This document shows, one piece after another, positions 55,462 through 64,000 of a stretch of DNA of 64,000 nucleotides. Within the stretch, counting starts at the first letter, position 1; each line of letters begins with the position of its first letter. A program made the translations under genes and the position numbers. Under the pieces are notes generated by a model. It was not told the DNA's origin and did no database searches. It was given only the letters and a program-made list of their open reading frames with translations. The stretch covers positions 4,883 to 68,882 of the forward strand of contig JASEJC010000001.1 in the NCBI GenBank assembly GCA_030016755.1. The letters run 5' to 3'. This DNA comes from Candidatus Hodarchaeaceae archaeon (GTDB lineage: Archaea; Hadarchaeota; Hadarchaeia; Hadarchaeales; Hadarchaeaceae).

Positions 55462-57336
55462 TTATCGTAATTCTATCCTGTTTATCTGTCCCAAATTGGC
55501 CAAATCGTTCATCTTTACCAATTCGCCCGAGATAGTATATAGCACATCGTCTATGTAGAGGGATCTTTTGACGGAATAATCGCGGGAGGGACAGTTGCTC
55601 CATGAAGAGACAGGGTAAGTGCTCTGTGTTCTATCGTCGTAGTGGATTATCCTCGCTCTGAACACCAAACCGTCCTCCAAAGAAACCCTGAACACATAGG
55701 CTCCTTGCCAGCCGGGTTGTCCCCACCCCCATGAGCTTTCTCCGTCTTCGACTACGGAAACTGGTACTACGAGGAGGTTCTTTGACCTGCTGAACAAAAA
55801 CGCCCTGTGGTCGTATAGAGCGTAAGAATCAGTCCCCCGCTCGCCAATCACATACTTGGATACCTCCCTCGGATTCTCTGGATCGCTCACATCGAAGAGG
55901 GCTATTTTCACGCCTTGGAACCACGCGAAGCTCCCAGCATCCTCCGTGTCCTTGCCCACGCCTATGAGGTGGGTTTCATCGTAGGGGTGTAGGTAGTCAG
56001 AGTATCCCGGGATCTTCAATTCCCCAAGAACCTTTGGGTTTCGAGGATCGCTCAGGTCTATCACAAACAGTGGGTCAACCTTTTTGAACGTCACGAGGTA
56101 TGCTTTAGTGCCCATAAATCTTGCAGAATAGATTCTTTCCCCTTTAGCAAGACCCTCCAGCCTTCCAATAATGTTAAGATCTTCACCGAGCACATAAACA
56201 TGATTCTTGGCTGTGCCGCTTCCAGTCCTCCAAACCTCCCCTGTTGTGGTCGCGATTCTGAAATACCCTTGGTATTCATCCATGGAGAATTGATTCAGAA
56301 CGCGCCCTGGAACCTCCCCCTGAGTTTTGTACTCGATTTCTCTGCCAGCCATGGCGATTTTATGAACGATCGTCTTTTCCGCTTCGGTGTGGTAAGTTAT
56401 GTAAATGTTGTTTGAGGAGACAAAGATGTTCTGGGCCGCGCCTATAAGGTACGTTTCACTTGTTATTTCCTCATCGTCATTTTGTGTGTTTATTACCATT
56501 ATGGTCGTGAAATTGTAAGAATCATCTCTGACATCAAAATAGTATATCTCGCTTGCCTGAATTGTTCTAGTTTCATCATCAATTGTGATTTCAGGTAAAG
56601 TGATCTCGAGATTTGCCCTGCGAACTTCATAGCCTATGCCTGGCCAAAGAATTAGGGGCCCCTCCCAAGTGTATGTACAGTCAATTTGACCTGAGTTTAC
56701 AATCAAGTACACAAAGTCCCCGATCATCCTCGATTTGAAATATCGTCCATTGAACGAAAGGCTCCTAGCTAAAACTGGGTTTTCCCTATTTGAAACGTTA
56801 TAAATCCTGACAAATGACCGTCCCAAAACGATAAGTTTATCATCATTTATGAACAGCTCGGTCGGATAACTGTTCTCTTCTATCCTAGAGAGGATTTTAG
56901 CATATTGGGCGGGATACGCATCGATGATAAACACCTTGTTTCCTGAGACGACGTAGATGTATTCCCCATCGCTCTTCACGATGTCCGCCTCATCAACTCC
57001 CTCAACCTGAATATTTGTTGTTGAGAAATCTGTCGAGGTGGTTGTTGCGTCGTCTACTGTATTATAACTAAACTCGCCGTCAATTGTATACTCGAAACCC
57101 GCTCCCCCATCTCCCCTATAGCTTGGAGCAGACGCGCTAGGTACATACAGGCCCCCGACCCGACTGTAGTAACGGTTGCTCAAGCCAATATTCGTTCTCA
57201 GAAAACTTTCCAGTTCTTGGTAAGATGAAAATCTCTTTAATTGTCCCCGTGAGACCTGGGTGCCAATAATTGCTCCCACCACCAGACTGGCAAACAAAAT
57301 AGTTGCGAGAATTGATAAAATAACCCAGGGCCTCAT
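55462..57336 (-). CDS. Secreted beta-propeller-domain protein (COG4880/Beta_propel-like)
   Basis: N-terminal TM/signal, TTNIQVEGVDEADIVKSDGEYIYVV hallmark, 624 aa. Confidence 0.75.
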   Translation of the reverse strand: MRPWVILSILATILFASLVVGAIIGTQVSRGQLKRFSSYQELESFLRTNIGLSNRYYSRVGGLYVPSASAPSYRGDGGAGFEYTIDGEFSYNTVDDATTTSTDFSTTNIQVEGVDEADIVKSDGEYIYVVSGNKVFIIDAYPAQYAKILSRIEENSYPTELFINDDKLIVLGRSFVRIYNVSNRENPVLARSLSFNGRYFKSRMIGDFVYLIVNSGQIDCTYTWEGPLILWPGIGYEVRRANLEITLPEITIDDETRTIQASEIYYFDVRDDSYNFTTIMVINTQNDDEEITSETYLIGAAQNIFVSSNNIYITYHTEAEKTIVHKIAMAGREIEYKTQGEVPGRVLNQFSMDEYQGYFRIATTTGEVWRTGSGTAKNHVYVLGEDLNIIGRLEGLAKGERIYSARFMGTKAYLVTFKKVDPLFVIDLSDPRNPKVLGELKIPGYSDYLHPYDETHLIGVGKDTEDAGSFAWFQGVKIALFDVSDPENPREVSKYVIGERGTDSYALYDHRAFLFSRSKNLLVVPVSVVEDGESSWGWGQPGWQGAYVFRVSLEDGLVFRARIIHYDDRTQSTYPVSSWSNCPSRDYSVKRSLYIDDVLYTISGELVKMNDLANLGQINRIELR

Positions 57337-57638
57337 TCCAGGTTCACCTCCGCGCGTGCGTTGTGGTTACTTTTCATGGTTCTCATCACGTCGCCAATCA
57401 GCCTTTTGAACCCGTACATGACCACGGCAATGCCGATGCTTAAAATAAGGAATCCTGAGGCGATAACCGACGTCGGAACCGATACCGAATAATAGCTTCG
57501 AAAGCTCATTTGAAATATAGATGCCAGATAATCCGCCCCGATGATGCACACGAGGAGCCCAGACACCAAGATGAAGGCCGCGAATACTGCGTCGAGGTAA
57601 TAGAGGGGAGTTGGTTGCCGGCTTGACGCATCTTCCAT
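57333..57638 (-). CDS. Small two-TM membrane protein
   Basis: The start was set at MEDASSRQ (57638) after GGAGG. The upstream part of the track ORF overlaps the Zn-ribbon ORF. Confidence 0.45.
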   Translation of the reverse strand: MEDASSRQPTPLYYLDAVFAAFILVSGLLVCIIGADYLASIFQMSFRSYYSVSVPTSVIASGFLILSIGIAVVMYGFKRLIGDVMRTMKSNHNARAEVNLE

Positions 57639-57670
57639 CTTTCTGCCTCCCTGTTGCCCACTTAGGCCCC

Positions 57671-57814
57671 CTAAGCCGCTACCCACCACGGCGGCACCCT
57701 CATGAGCGACGGGCCGCACTTTCCGCACTGCACCTCGATTATGTCGTCGATCCCGTCCGCGTACAGGGTCCGGATGAGCCGGGCTTCACGGCCACAGTTC
57801 GGGCATTCTACCAT
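57671..57814 (-). CDS. 47-aa zinc-ribbon protein (below the size cut-off of the ORF track)
   Basis: Hand translation: MVECPNCGREARLIRTLYADGIDDIIEVQCGKCGPSLMRVPPWWVAA. It has two CxxC knuckles. The ATG lies directly at the edge of the AT-rich promoter region. Confidence 0.5.
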   Translation of the reverse strand: MVECPNCGREARLIRTLYADGIDDIIEVQCGKCGPSLMRVPPWWVAA

Positions 57815-58123
57815 TTTTCTTCTCCTCTTTTTTGTCTTTTCGGTCTTTATTATGCTCCTTTTTTTATTTAAAGCTATTTAATCGTTCTTTTTTACCTAAA
57901 CGTTCATTATTTTTCTTTAAAATCCATAAAGGTTCCTGAAAGTTCTAAATAGTTCACAAAAGGCTGATTTAACTTTATTTTCCGAAAAACTGAAATTTCC
58001 CGCACTAAATCAACCAAAGAAAAAAATAATAACAAAAACAAGTGTATCCGGCCTGTTTCGCCCTAGATATAGTTAAACCAGTGAAATTTGGGATTAGTGA
58101 GCTTTTATGAGTATCTAGGTTTG

Positions 58124-59095
58124 ATGGAGGCCCTGCGTAAGGCTTATCTAATTCCGCACGGAAGAGGGCTTAGGGGTGATGCCCTGCGAAAGCTCTGTCT
58201 GCTAGCGACCTCCATTGGAATCCTTATTGCGCTCTGTCTACTCGCTCCCTCCTCCGCCCAGGTCCTGGGACGGAAAACCGAAATCGAGGTCCGTGCGGAT
58301 GGTTCGGCTATCTGGGTAATTGAAAATAAATTTCCCCTTACCACCCTCGATAATGAAATCCAACTCACAATCTCTTGGTTCGAGAATTCCTTGAAAAACA
58401 GGGTCGACAGCGCGGAAGTTATAGCAGGCAGGAGTATGCAAATTAAAGACTTTACAGCGAGTGGACCCGTCCAGTATCCAGATCACAAGAAGGTGAGATA
58501 TCGATTTGAGTGGACCAACTTTGCGGAGGTTGAGGAGACCCGGCTTAGGATAGGGGATGTCTTCGAGCCTGGATTCTTGGACCTCCCGACTACCGCCGAT
58601 TCCTTAACCATCCGATACCCTGCGGGCTACAGGATTTCGGAGGTGATACCAACCCCGAGCGAAACTACCGAGCGTGAGCTCACCTGGAATGGCCCGCGAA
58701 GTTTCGGCTTCGGCAAACCAAGCATAACACTGAAGCCTATCCCGTCCCCCTGGCCAATCCTAGCCCTTGCCGCCATAATCATCTGTGGTCTAGTCGCCGG
58801 ATGGTTCCTCTGGTTCAAAAAGCTGTTTAGGCCTATGGCCAAGGCGGCGAAGAAGCCGGAAGTTCCCCCGGCTGAGAAAATCCTAAAAAGCGATGTCGAG
58901 AGGGCGGTCGAGATACTGAAAGAGGCCGGCGGGAAGATGTACCAGACCGAGCTCGTCCGGCGCTTGGACTTCTCGAAATCGAAGGGGAGCGCGCTGCTGA
59001 GCTCCATGGAGCGGGCCGGGACCATTCAAAGAACCAGGATGGGGAGGAAGAACCTCATCACGCTGAAGCCAAAGGAAGCTCCACCTGAAGAGTGA
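58124..59095 (+). CDS. Single-pass membrane protein with an extracytoplasmic domain and a cytoplasmic winged-helix DNA-binding domain
   Basis: Signal/TM (LCLLATSIGILIALCLLAPSSA), a second TM (WPILALAAIIICGLVAGWFLWF), then MYQTELVRRLDFSKSKGSALLSSMERAGTIQR. The track start is TTG 58088. Confidence 0.6.
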   Translation: MEALRKAYLIPHGRGLRGDALRKLCLLATSIGILIALCLLAPSSAQVLGRKTEIEVRADGSAIWVIENKFPLTTLDNEIQLTISWFENSLKNRVDSAEVIAGRSMQIKDFTASGPVQYPDHKKVRYRFEWTNFAEVEETRLRIGDVFEPGFLDLPTTADSLTIRYPAGYRISEVIPTPSETTERELTWNGPRSFGFGKPSITLKPIPSPWPILALAAIIICGLVAGWFLWFKKLFRPMAKAAKKPEVPPAEKILKSDVERAVEILKEAGGKMYQTELVRRLDFSKSKGSALLSSMERAGTIQRTRMGRKNLITLKPKEAPPEE

Positions 59096-59676
59096 ACCCT
59101 TGGTGTTGTAATTTGATCATCGAAATCGTCACCCTGGGCAAGATCCCGCGCGAGGTATTGGTTGAGCTGTCACGCAGGCTTGAAAAAACCTATGCACCCC
59201 ACATCAAAAGCTGTGCGATCGGCGCCTCGCTCGAGATTCCGCCCGCGGCCTACAACCCATCACGGAAGCAGTACGATGCAGACCTCATCCTCGAGCGGGT
59301 GCTCCACCGGATAACCGGCGAACACAGGGTACTGGTACTGCTCGACGTTGACCTCTACACGTCCTCTCGCGACCTCAACTTCATCTTCGGCCAGGCCCAA
59401 AGTCCGGGCAGGGTCGCGCTCGTCTCGCTCCACCGACTCAACCCACCCTTCTATGGGAAACCACCGGACCCAGAGCTTTTCCTCGCGCGTGCGACAAAGG
59501 AAGCCGTCCACGAACTCGGGCACACGTTTGGGCTCAAGCACTGTACTGACCCAAGCTGCGTCATGTGTTTTTCAAACTCCATCCTAGACGTGGACAAGAA
59601 GAAGTCAACCTTTTGTAAAACATGCCGACGAAAACTACACCGTCAGACAACTTTCACCATTCGCGTCTGGCGGTAG
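59092..59676 (+). CDS. amzA: Archaemetzincin (zinc metalloprotease)
   Basis: HELGHTFGLKHCTDPSCVMCFSNS followed by CKTC, which is the HExxHxxGxxxCxxxxCxM...CxxC signature. Confidence 0.88.
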   Translation: MNPWCCNLIIEIVTLGKIPREVLVELSRRLEKTYAPHIKSCAIGASLEIPPAAYNPSRKQYDADLILERVLHRITGEHRVLVLLDVDLYTSSRDLNFIFGQAQSPGRVALVSLHRLNPPFYGKPPDPELFLARATKEAVHELGHTFGLKHCTDPSCVMCFSNSILDVDKKKSTFCKTCRRKLHRQTTFTIRVWR

Positions 59677-60749
59677 CCCGTGATCACGCGGATATAACCA
59701 CGAAACTCACGGTCGAGCTCTGAGTCGCCAGTGTCGACCTTCAGCGTGGGGGTGAGCGAGAGCTTGTGGGGGGTCGCCAGCACCCACACATTTTCTTTCC
59801 CGACGCACCTCACCACCTCTGGGCTGAGCTGTTGGTTCCCCCGTCCGAGGATGAAGCCCTGCTTGCCTATGGGGCTCACCACTATCGTCGTCGGTTTGCC
59901 CCTGATGGCCTTGAGGATCTGCCGCTCGTTCACGTCACGCGCGAGCAACTTGTAGTCTTTGACCAAGTCGACCCCGAGCAGCGTCGAATCGTAAATACCC
60001 AGCTCCTCTGCCACTGCCCTAGTCGTAGTGCCTGGGCCAAGTACGTAAATACGTCTTTTTTCCATAAGCTCAACCACCCCGCGAGCAATCGCCTTCTGAT
60101 CAGCGAGCTCGAAGCCGGAGCTGCCCTCCTTCGTCGCCTGCATCATGACTGGCTCGTAAGGCACGTTAGCGTAACCCAAGAGTTTCGCGACGAGGCGGTT
60201 CTCGCGGTAGGCTTCCTCATCTATATCCATCACCTCTGCCTGCTGAAGCGGTAGCCCCTCACGTAGGAAACGGGCCGCGATTTCGCCCGCCGCTTGGGGG
60301 GTATTCGCAAACACCGCCGAGTGCATTTTGACGCCCGTGGGAATTCCCAGAATTGGTACGAGCGCATCTACGGCTTTTATCGTGTCGGCTGCCGTACCGT
60401 CTCCTCCGGCGAAAAGGATAAGATCAACCTTTTCCAGAAGCATCTCCTTCGCCGCGCGCTTCGTGTCCTCGGCGGTCGTCTTCCCAGAGGTTATCTTGCC
60501 AATCACCCTGACCTCCAGCCCCGCCGCCTCAGCCTCGTCCGCTCCCATCTCCGCGGGATATGTCAGAAGCTCGAACTTCGCCATGTGGTGCTTGAGCACG
60601 CGCAATGCCTCGACTGCCCGCGCGGGTGCTACTGGTTCGGCTCCAAGCTCCCGTGCCTTTGCTAAGATTTCTGGGCTATCTGTGCCCTTCAGGCCAACCC
60701 TGCCGCCCATGCCTGCAATCGGGTTGACAATGAGACCTAGCTTTTTCAT
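59643..60749 (-). CDS. ATP-NAD kinase-family protein (COG3199-like)
   Basis: [21 protein letters not shown] and FAGGDGTA. The ATG overlaps the gcvPB stop (ATGA). Confidence 0.75.
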   Translation of the reverse strand: MKKLGLIVNPIAGMGGRVGLKGTDSPEILAKARELGAEPVAPARAVEALRVLKHHMAKFELLTYPAEMGADEAEAAGLEVRVIGKITSGKTTAEDTKRAAKEMLLEKVDLILFAGGDGTAADTIKAVDALVPILGIPTGVKMHSAVFANTPQAAGEIAARFLREGLPLQQAEVMDIDEEAYRENRLVAKLLGYANVPYEPVMMQATKEGSSGFELADQKAIARGVVELMEKRRIYVLGPGTTTRAVAEELGIYDSTLLGVDLVKDYKLLARDVNERQILKAIRGKPTTIVVSPIGKQGFILGRGNQQLSPEVVRCVGKENVWVLATPHKLSLTPTLKVDTGDSELDREFRGYIRVITGYRQTRMVKVV

Positions 60750-62251
60750 TTCTTCGCCAATTTACGATACATCCGCCAGCTCAAAATAGGTTCGCGGGAG
60801 GCCTTGACCTCGTCCAGCCTAGCGATCGCAGTAGCAGTGGGGGCCGCCTGCAGCTTCTCCGGGTCCGAGCGCGCCTCTTCAGCTATCTGCTTCAACGCTT
60901 CTATAAACTGATCAAGTTCCTCCTTGGTTTCCGTCTCGGTCGGCTCGATCATCAGCGCCTCGGGGACTATCGGCGGGAAATAGTAGGTGGGCGCATGCAT
61001 CCCGAAATCAAGCAGCCTTTTAGCCACGAAGTGTGCCCTGACCCCATATTTTTTCTTCAACGGCTCAGCGCTGAAGACGACCTCGTGCTTGCAGGGGCCG
61101 CTTGTGTCGAACTTCAACTCATAGCCCTCGACTTTCAGCAATTTTCGCATGATGTAGTTTGCGTTGAGCACCGCGGCCTCGCTCACCTCCTCCAGCCCCT
61201 CGGCGCCCATCAGCAAGATGTAAGCGTAAGCCTTCACTAGCACCCCGAAGTTACCATAAAAGGATTTGATCTTTCCAATTGAGTTTGGCCTGTTGTAGTC
61301 CAGGTAGTAGCGCTTTCGCCTGCGGTCGTACTCGATCACCGGGACTGGTAGGAACTTCTCAAGCTTTCGAACGACCCCTATGGGACCTGCCCCCGGGCCC
61401 CCGCCGCCGTGAGGTGTGGAAAATGTCTTGTGGAGGTTGAAGTGGACGATGTCGAAGCCCATGTCCCCCGGGCGAGCCTTTCCCAAAATTCCGTTCAGGT
61501 TCGCACCATCGTAGTAAAGCAGGCCCCCGACCTTGTGGATCGCCTCCGCAATCTCCAGTATCTCGTCCTCGAACAGCCCCAGCGTGTTTGGGTTCGTCAG
61601 CATGAGGGCCGCTGTCCTATTTGAGACAGCCTCACGCAATGCCCCTAAATCAACTCGGCCACGGTTGTTTGAGGGCACGACTACGACATTGAATCCTGCC
61701 ATCGCTGCGCTGGCGAAGTTCGTGCCGTGGGCAGAGTCCGGAACGATCACCTCCGTGCGCTTCGACCCCGTCGACTTGTGGTATGCACGCACGAGCAGCA
61801 TGCCCAAGAGTTCGCCGTGGGCCCCTGCCGATGGGTGCAGACATACCCGCGAAACTCCCGCTATCTCTGCAAGGTGGCGCTCGAGCCTATACATCAGCTC
61901 CAAAGCACCTTGGACCGTTTCTTCAGCTTGGTATGGATGGATATGCGCCGCCCCGTCCAAGTTAACCAGCTCGTCGCATACCTTCGGGTTGTATTTCATA
62001 GTGCAGGAGCCCAGTGGGTAAAACCCAGAGTCGACGCCATAGTTCATCTGCGAGAGCCGCGTATAGTGCCTAACCACCTGCGGTTCCGACAGCTCTGGTA
62101 GTTCAAGTGAGGTGCGAGTGAGCTTCTCAGGAATTTTCACGCGGGCGGGTGCCCTTGGCAGCGAGGCCCCCATCCGGCCAGCCTTGCTGAGCTCAAATAC
62201 CAGCGGTTCCAAGCACCCTTCTCTGGCCCAGCGCGCCTGACGGTACGTCAT
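60746..62251 (-). CDS. gcvPB: Glycine dehydrogenase (aminomethyl-transferring) subunit 2
   Basis: [31 protein letters not shown] and the PLP-lysine context [16 protein letters not shown]. Confidence 0.93.
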   Translation of the reverse strand: MTYRQARWAREGCLEPLVFELSKAGRMGASLPRAPARVKIPEKLTRTSLELPELSEPQVVRHYTRLSQMNYGVDSGFYPLGSCTMKYNPKVCDELVNLDGAAHIHPYQAEETVQGALELMYRLERHLAEIAGVSRVCLHPSAGAHGELLGMLLVRAYHKSTGSKRTEVIVPDSAHGTNFASAAMAGFNVVVVPSNNRGRVDLGALREAVSNRTAALMLTNPNTLGLFEDEILEIAEAIHKVGGLLYYDGANLNGILGKARPGDMGFDIVHFNLHKTFSTPHGGGGPGAGPIGVVRKLEKFLPVPVIEYDRRRKRYYLDYNRPNSIGKIKSFYGNFGVLVKAYAYILLMGAEGLEEVSEAAVLNANYIMRKLLKVEGYELKFDTSGPCKHEVVFSAEPLKKKYGVRAHFVAKRLLDFGMHAPTYYFPPIVPEALMIEPTETETKEELDQFIEALKQIAEEARSDPEKLQAAPTATAIARLDEVKASREPILSWRMYRKLAKK

Positions 62252-62402
62252 CTAAAACACCCCCCTGCTTTAGCTGTGAGAAGCCTGAGTCTCTGTTTCC
62301 CGAGAGGGGCGGCCCAGTCAACGGCCGCGTCTTGTCCGGTGATTGGAGTCGGCGACACTTGTATCACCATGAGGGACAAGCCCTGCCCTTCAGAGCGGGG
62401 TA

Positions 62403-62457
62403 GTTGACCTGTGAAAGTCTTGTATAGTGCCCTGACAACCTGTGGTTCCGACAGCTC
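62403..62457 (-). pseudogene. Degenerate 55-nt duplicate of the gcvPB 5' coding region (copy of 62042-62095) inside the gcvPA-gcvPB spacer
   Basis: Hand alignment gives about 44 of 55 positions identical with one 1-nt indel. The copy encodes ELSEPQVVR then, after the indel, HYTRLSQVNY, versus [19 protein letters not shown] in gcvPB. Confidence 0.6.
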
Positions 62458-62475
62458 AATGAGGCGTACATAAGT

Positions 62476-63864
62476 TCACCCCTTGCCCCCAACTGCCCGG
62501 GCTGCGGCCTCCGCGAGCCTGTCGATATCCCCCTTCGTGTGCAGCTCGGTGGTGCAGAGAAGAGCCGTTTCACCCAGCTTCGGGAACTCGCCGCGAACCG
62601 GTTTGCCGCCTTGGATCCCTTGCTCGAGGAGCTTGGCATTGAACTTCTCGATCGTCAGTTTTGGTTTCGTGCACCTAAGCGTGAACTCGTTGAAGTGGGG
62701 CGCCTTGAAAATCGGCGCTTTCAGTCCTCCGATGGTGTTCAGCCGCTTCATCGCGTAGCTGGCGTTCGCCGCGCAGGTCTCCGCCAGCTCACGGAGCCCC
62801 TTCGGCCCGAGCGAGGTCAAGTAGATCGCCGCCGTGACCGCGCACAGCGCCTCGTTCGAGCATATGTTCGACGTCGCCCGCTCCCGCCTGATGTGCTGCT
62901 CGCGCGTCTGCAGGACCATCGCGAACCCGCGCGTCTTCCCGTCAAGCGTGGTCGTCATCCCCACGAGGCGGCCTGGGAGCTGCCTGATCAGCTTCTGGTC
63001 GTCGCGGCAGGCGAAAATGCCGAGCGTCGGGCCACCAAAACTCACGGGATTGCCCAGCGGCTGCCCCTCCCCTACCACGATGTCAGCACCATAATCGCCT
63101 GGGGCCTTGAGCAAGCCGAGCGAGATCGGGTTGACGCCGACCACGAAGAGCGCCCCCTTCTTGCGAGCGGCTTCAGATATCTCATCCACTCGCGTCTCCA
63201 AGAACCCCAAATAACTGGGATTTTCGACGTACACCCCCGCAACATCCTCGCCGAGTTCCTTGCGGAGCTCCCCCATATCCAACTGTCCCGTGGAACGGTC
63301 ATACCCCACCTTGACCACTTCTAGACCCGGACCCGCCGCGTAGTTTTGAAGGACCGAAAGACGCTCCAGGGAGATCAGCTCTGGCACGATGAACTTTCGC
63401 CTCCCTGTCACGCGGGCACACATCAGCGCGGCCTCCCCCAGCGCGGTCGACCAGTCGTACATCGAGGCGTTCGCGACCTCGAGACCCGTGAGCTCACAGA
63501 TAAGGCTCTGGTACTCGAACAACGCCTGGAGCATCCCCTGGCTGACTTCTGCCTGGTAGGGGGTGTATGATGTTAAGAATTCGGCACGTTGAGCCAGCGA
63601 GCGGACGTGAGCTGGGACATTATGGGGCCAGACCCCGCCGCCGATGAAAGATGGCATTTGGGTGAATGGCCTGTTTTTGGAGAGCATTGCCTGAACATGG
63701 CGCTTGACCTCGAGTTCCGACATCGCGGGGGGGAGCTTCAGCTTACGCTTGGGGCGAACCTTGGATGGGATGTCTGCGAAAAGTTCGTCGATGCTCACGA
63801 CTCCAATCTCACGCAGCATCTCCTCCCGAATCTCCCGCGTGTTCGGGATGTATGGGTGACCCAT
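62476..63864 (-). CDS. gcvPA: Glycine dehydrogenase (aminomethyl-transferring) subunit 1
   Basis: HPYIPNT...FLTSYTPYQAEVSQGMLQALFEYQ, 462 aa. Confidence 0.93.
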   Translation of the reverse strand: MGHPYIPNTREIREEMLREIGVVSIDELFADIPSKVRPKRKLKLPPAMSELEVKRHVQAMLSKNRPFTQMPSFIGGGVWPHNVPAHVRSLAQRAEFLTSYTPYQAEVSQGMLQALFEYQSLICELTGLEVANASMYDWSTALGEAALMCARVTGRRKFIVPELISLERLSVLQNYAAGPGLEVVKVGYDRSTGQLDMGELRKELGEDVAGVYVENPSYLGFLETRVDEISEAARKKGALFVVGVNPISLGLLKAPGDYGADIVVGEGQPLGNPVSFGGPTLGIFACRDDQKLIRQLPGRLVGMTTTLDGKTRGFAMVLQTREQHIRRERATSNICSNEALCAVTAAIYLTSLGPKGLRELAETCAANASYAMKRLNTIGGLKAPIFKAPHFNEFTLRCTKPKLTIEKFNAKLLEQGIQGGKPVRGEFPKLGETALLCTTELHTKGDIDRLAEAAARAVGGKG

Positions 63865-63873
63865 GCGTACCAG

Positions 63874-64000
63874 CTACTCAAGTTTCTTCACATATTCTGC
63901 GTAGGCCTTGGCGTCCATCAGTTGCTTGAGTTCGGCCTCGGGGGCGCTGGGCTCGAGCACGCAGATCCAGCCCTCCGCGTAGGGGCTCGTGTTTATCAGC
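63874..64000 (-). CDS. gcvH: Glycine cleavage system H protein; C-terminal part only (continues beyond the window)
   Basis: Hand translation of the minus strand: LINTSPYAEGWICVLEPSAPEAELKQLMDAKAYAEYVKKLE-stop. Confidence 0.85.
   Translation of the reverse strand, partial: LINTSPYAEGWICVLEPSAPEAELKQLMDAKAYAEYVKKLE

Noticed and set aside
57815-58087. Calling this AT-rich island an oriC feature with ORB elements
   Set aside because: I could not find convincing ORB or mini-ORB repeats of the TTCCAGTGGAAAC type, only two 10-mers. It is kept as a hypothesis in the findings and not annotated as an origin.
62252-62475. Glycine-riboswitch-like strings in the gcvPA-gcvPB spacer (CUCUG, GUCGCCGA, ACUCAGGC on the mRNA strand)
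   Set aside because: The location next to gcv genes is tempting. However, the conserved cores as I remember them (GGAGAG, CCGAAGG(A/G)GCAA, CUCAGGCAAAAGGAC) are not intact, and the element would sit inside the operon rather than in the leader. Only cmscan with RF00504 could settle it, so it is not called.
1-64000. CRISPR arrays, rRNA genes, integrase/att-type prophage or island boundaries, and classical defence systems
   Set aside because: I saw no regularly spaced direct repeats, rRNA-like sequence, integrase or recombinase ORF, or restriction, toxin or cas-like genes while reading the window. The only mobile-element-related gene is the TnpB-like ORF.

Overview
This is a dense, GC-rich archaeal chromosomal segment of about 70 genes. 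I found no rRNA and no CRISPR array. The archaeal assignment rests on aEF-2, Orc1/Cdc6, archaeosine tRNA-guanine transglycosylase, an archaeal-type SAM synthetase and a nine-subunit A1Ao ATP synthase. It also rests on the HMG-CoA synthase/thiolase/DUF35 trio, SecDF, TrmI, archaemetzincin, the EndA splicing endonuclease, two intron-containing tRNAs and gcvH-gcvPA-gcvPB. The lineage cannot be fixed from the sequence alone. All calls come from reading the ORF translations and the DNA; no database search was run. The main observations are: (1) A tightly coupled [NiFe]-hydrogenase-like operon (HycB-like ferredoxin, NuoC-like, HdrB-like, NiFe large subunit, NuoB-like small subunit fused to a ferredoxin domain) has no membrane subunits nearby. 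It is split between the large- and small-subunit genes by an intact TnpB-like ORF. That ORF keeps the RuvC-I Asp and the zinc ribbon, but the RuvC-II Glu and RuvC-III Asp positions appear substituted. It is a candidate nuclease-dead, possibly RNA-guided, domesticated TnpB. (2) A surface protein of more than 2100 aa carries a C25-type cysteine peptidase, a PPC domain, five copies of a ~105-aa repeat, an inserted Kelch-like propeller and a Gly/Gln/Pro tail. (3) Two genes recover their expected N-termini only if ATC is used as the start codon. (4) The ATP synthase operon is rearranged, with atpHIKECFD on one strand and atpAB diverging from it. (5) tRNA-Leu(CAG) carries a non-canonical D-arm intron. 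(6) A 6-N16-6 dyad lies upstream of nikR. (7) A structured 224-nt spacer between gcvPA and gcvPB contains a degenerate copy of the gcvPB 5' region.
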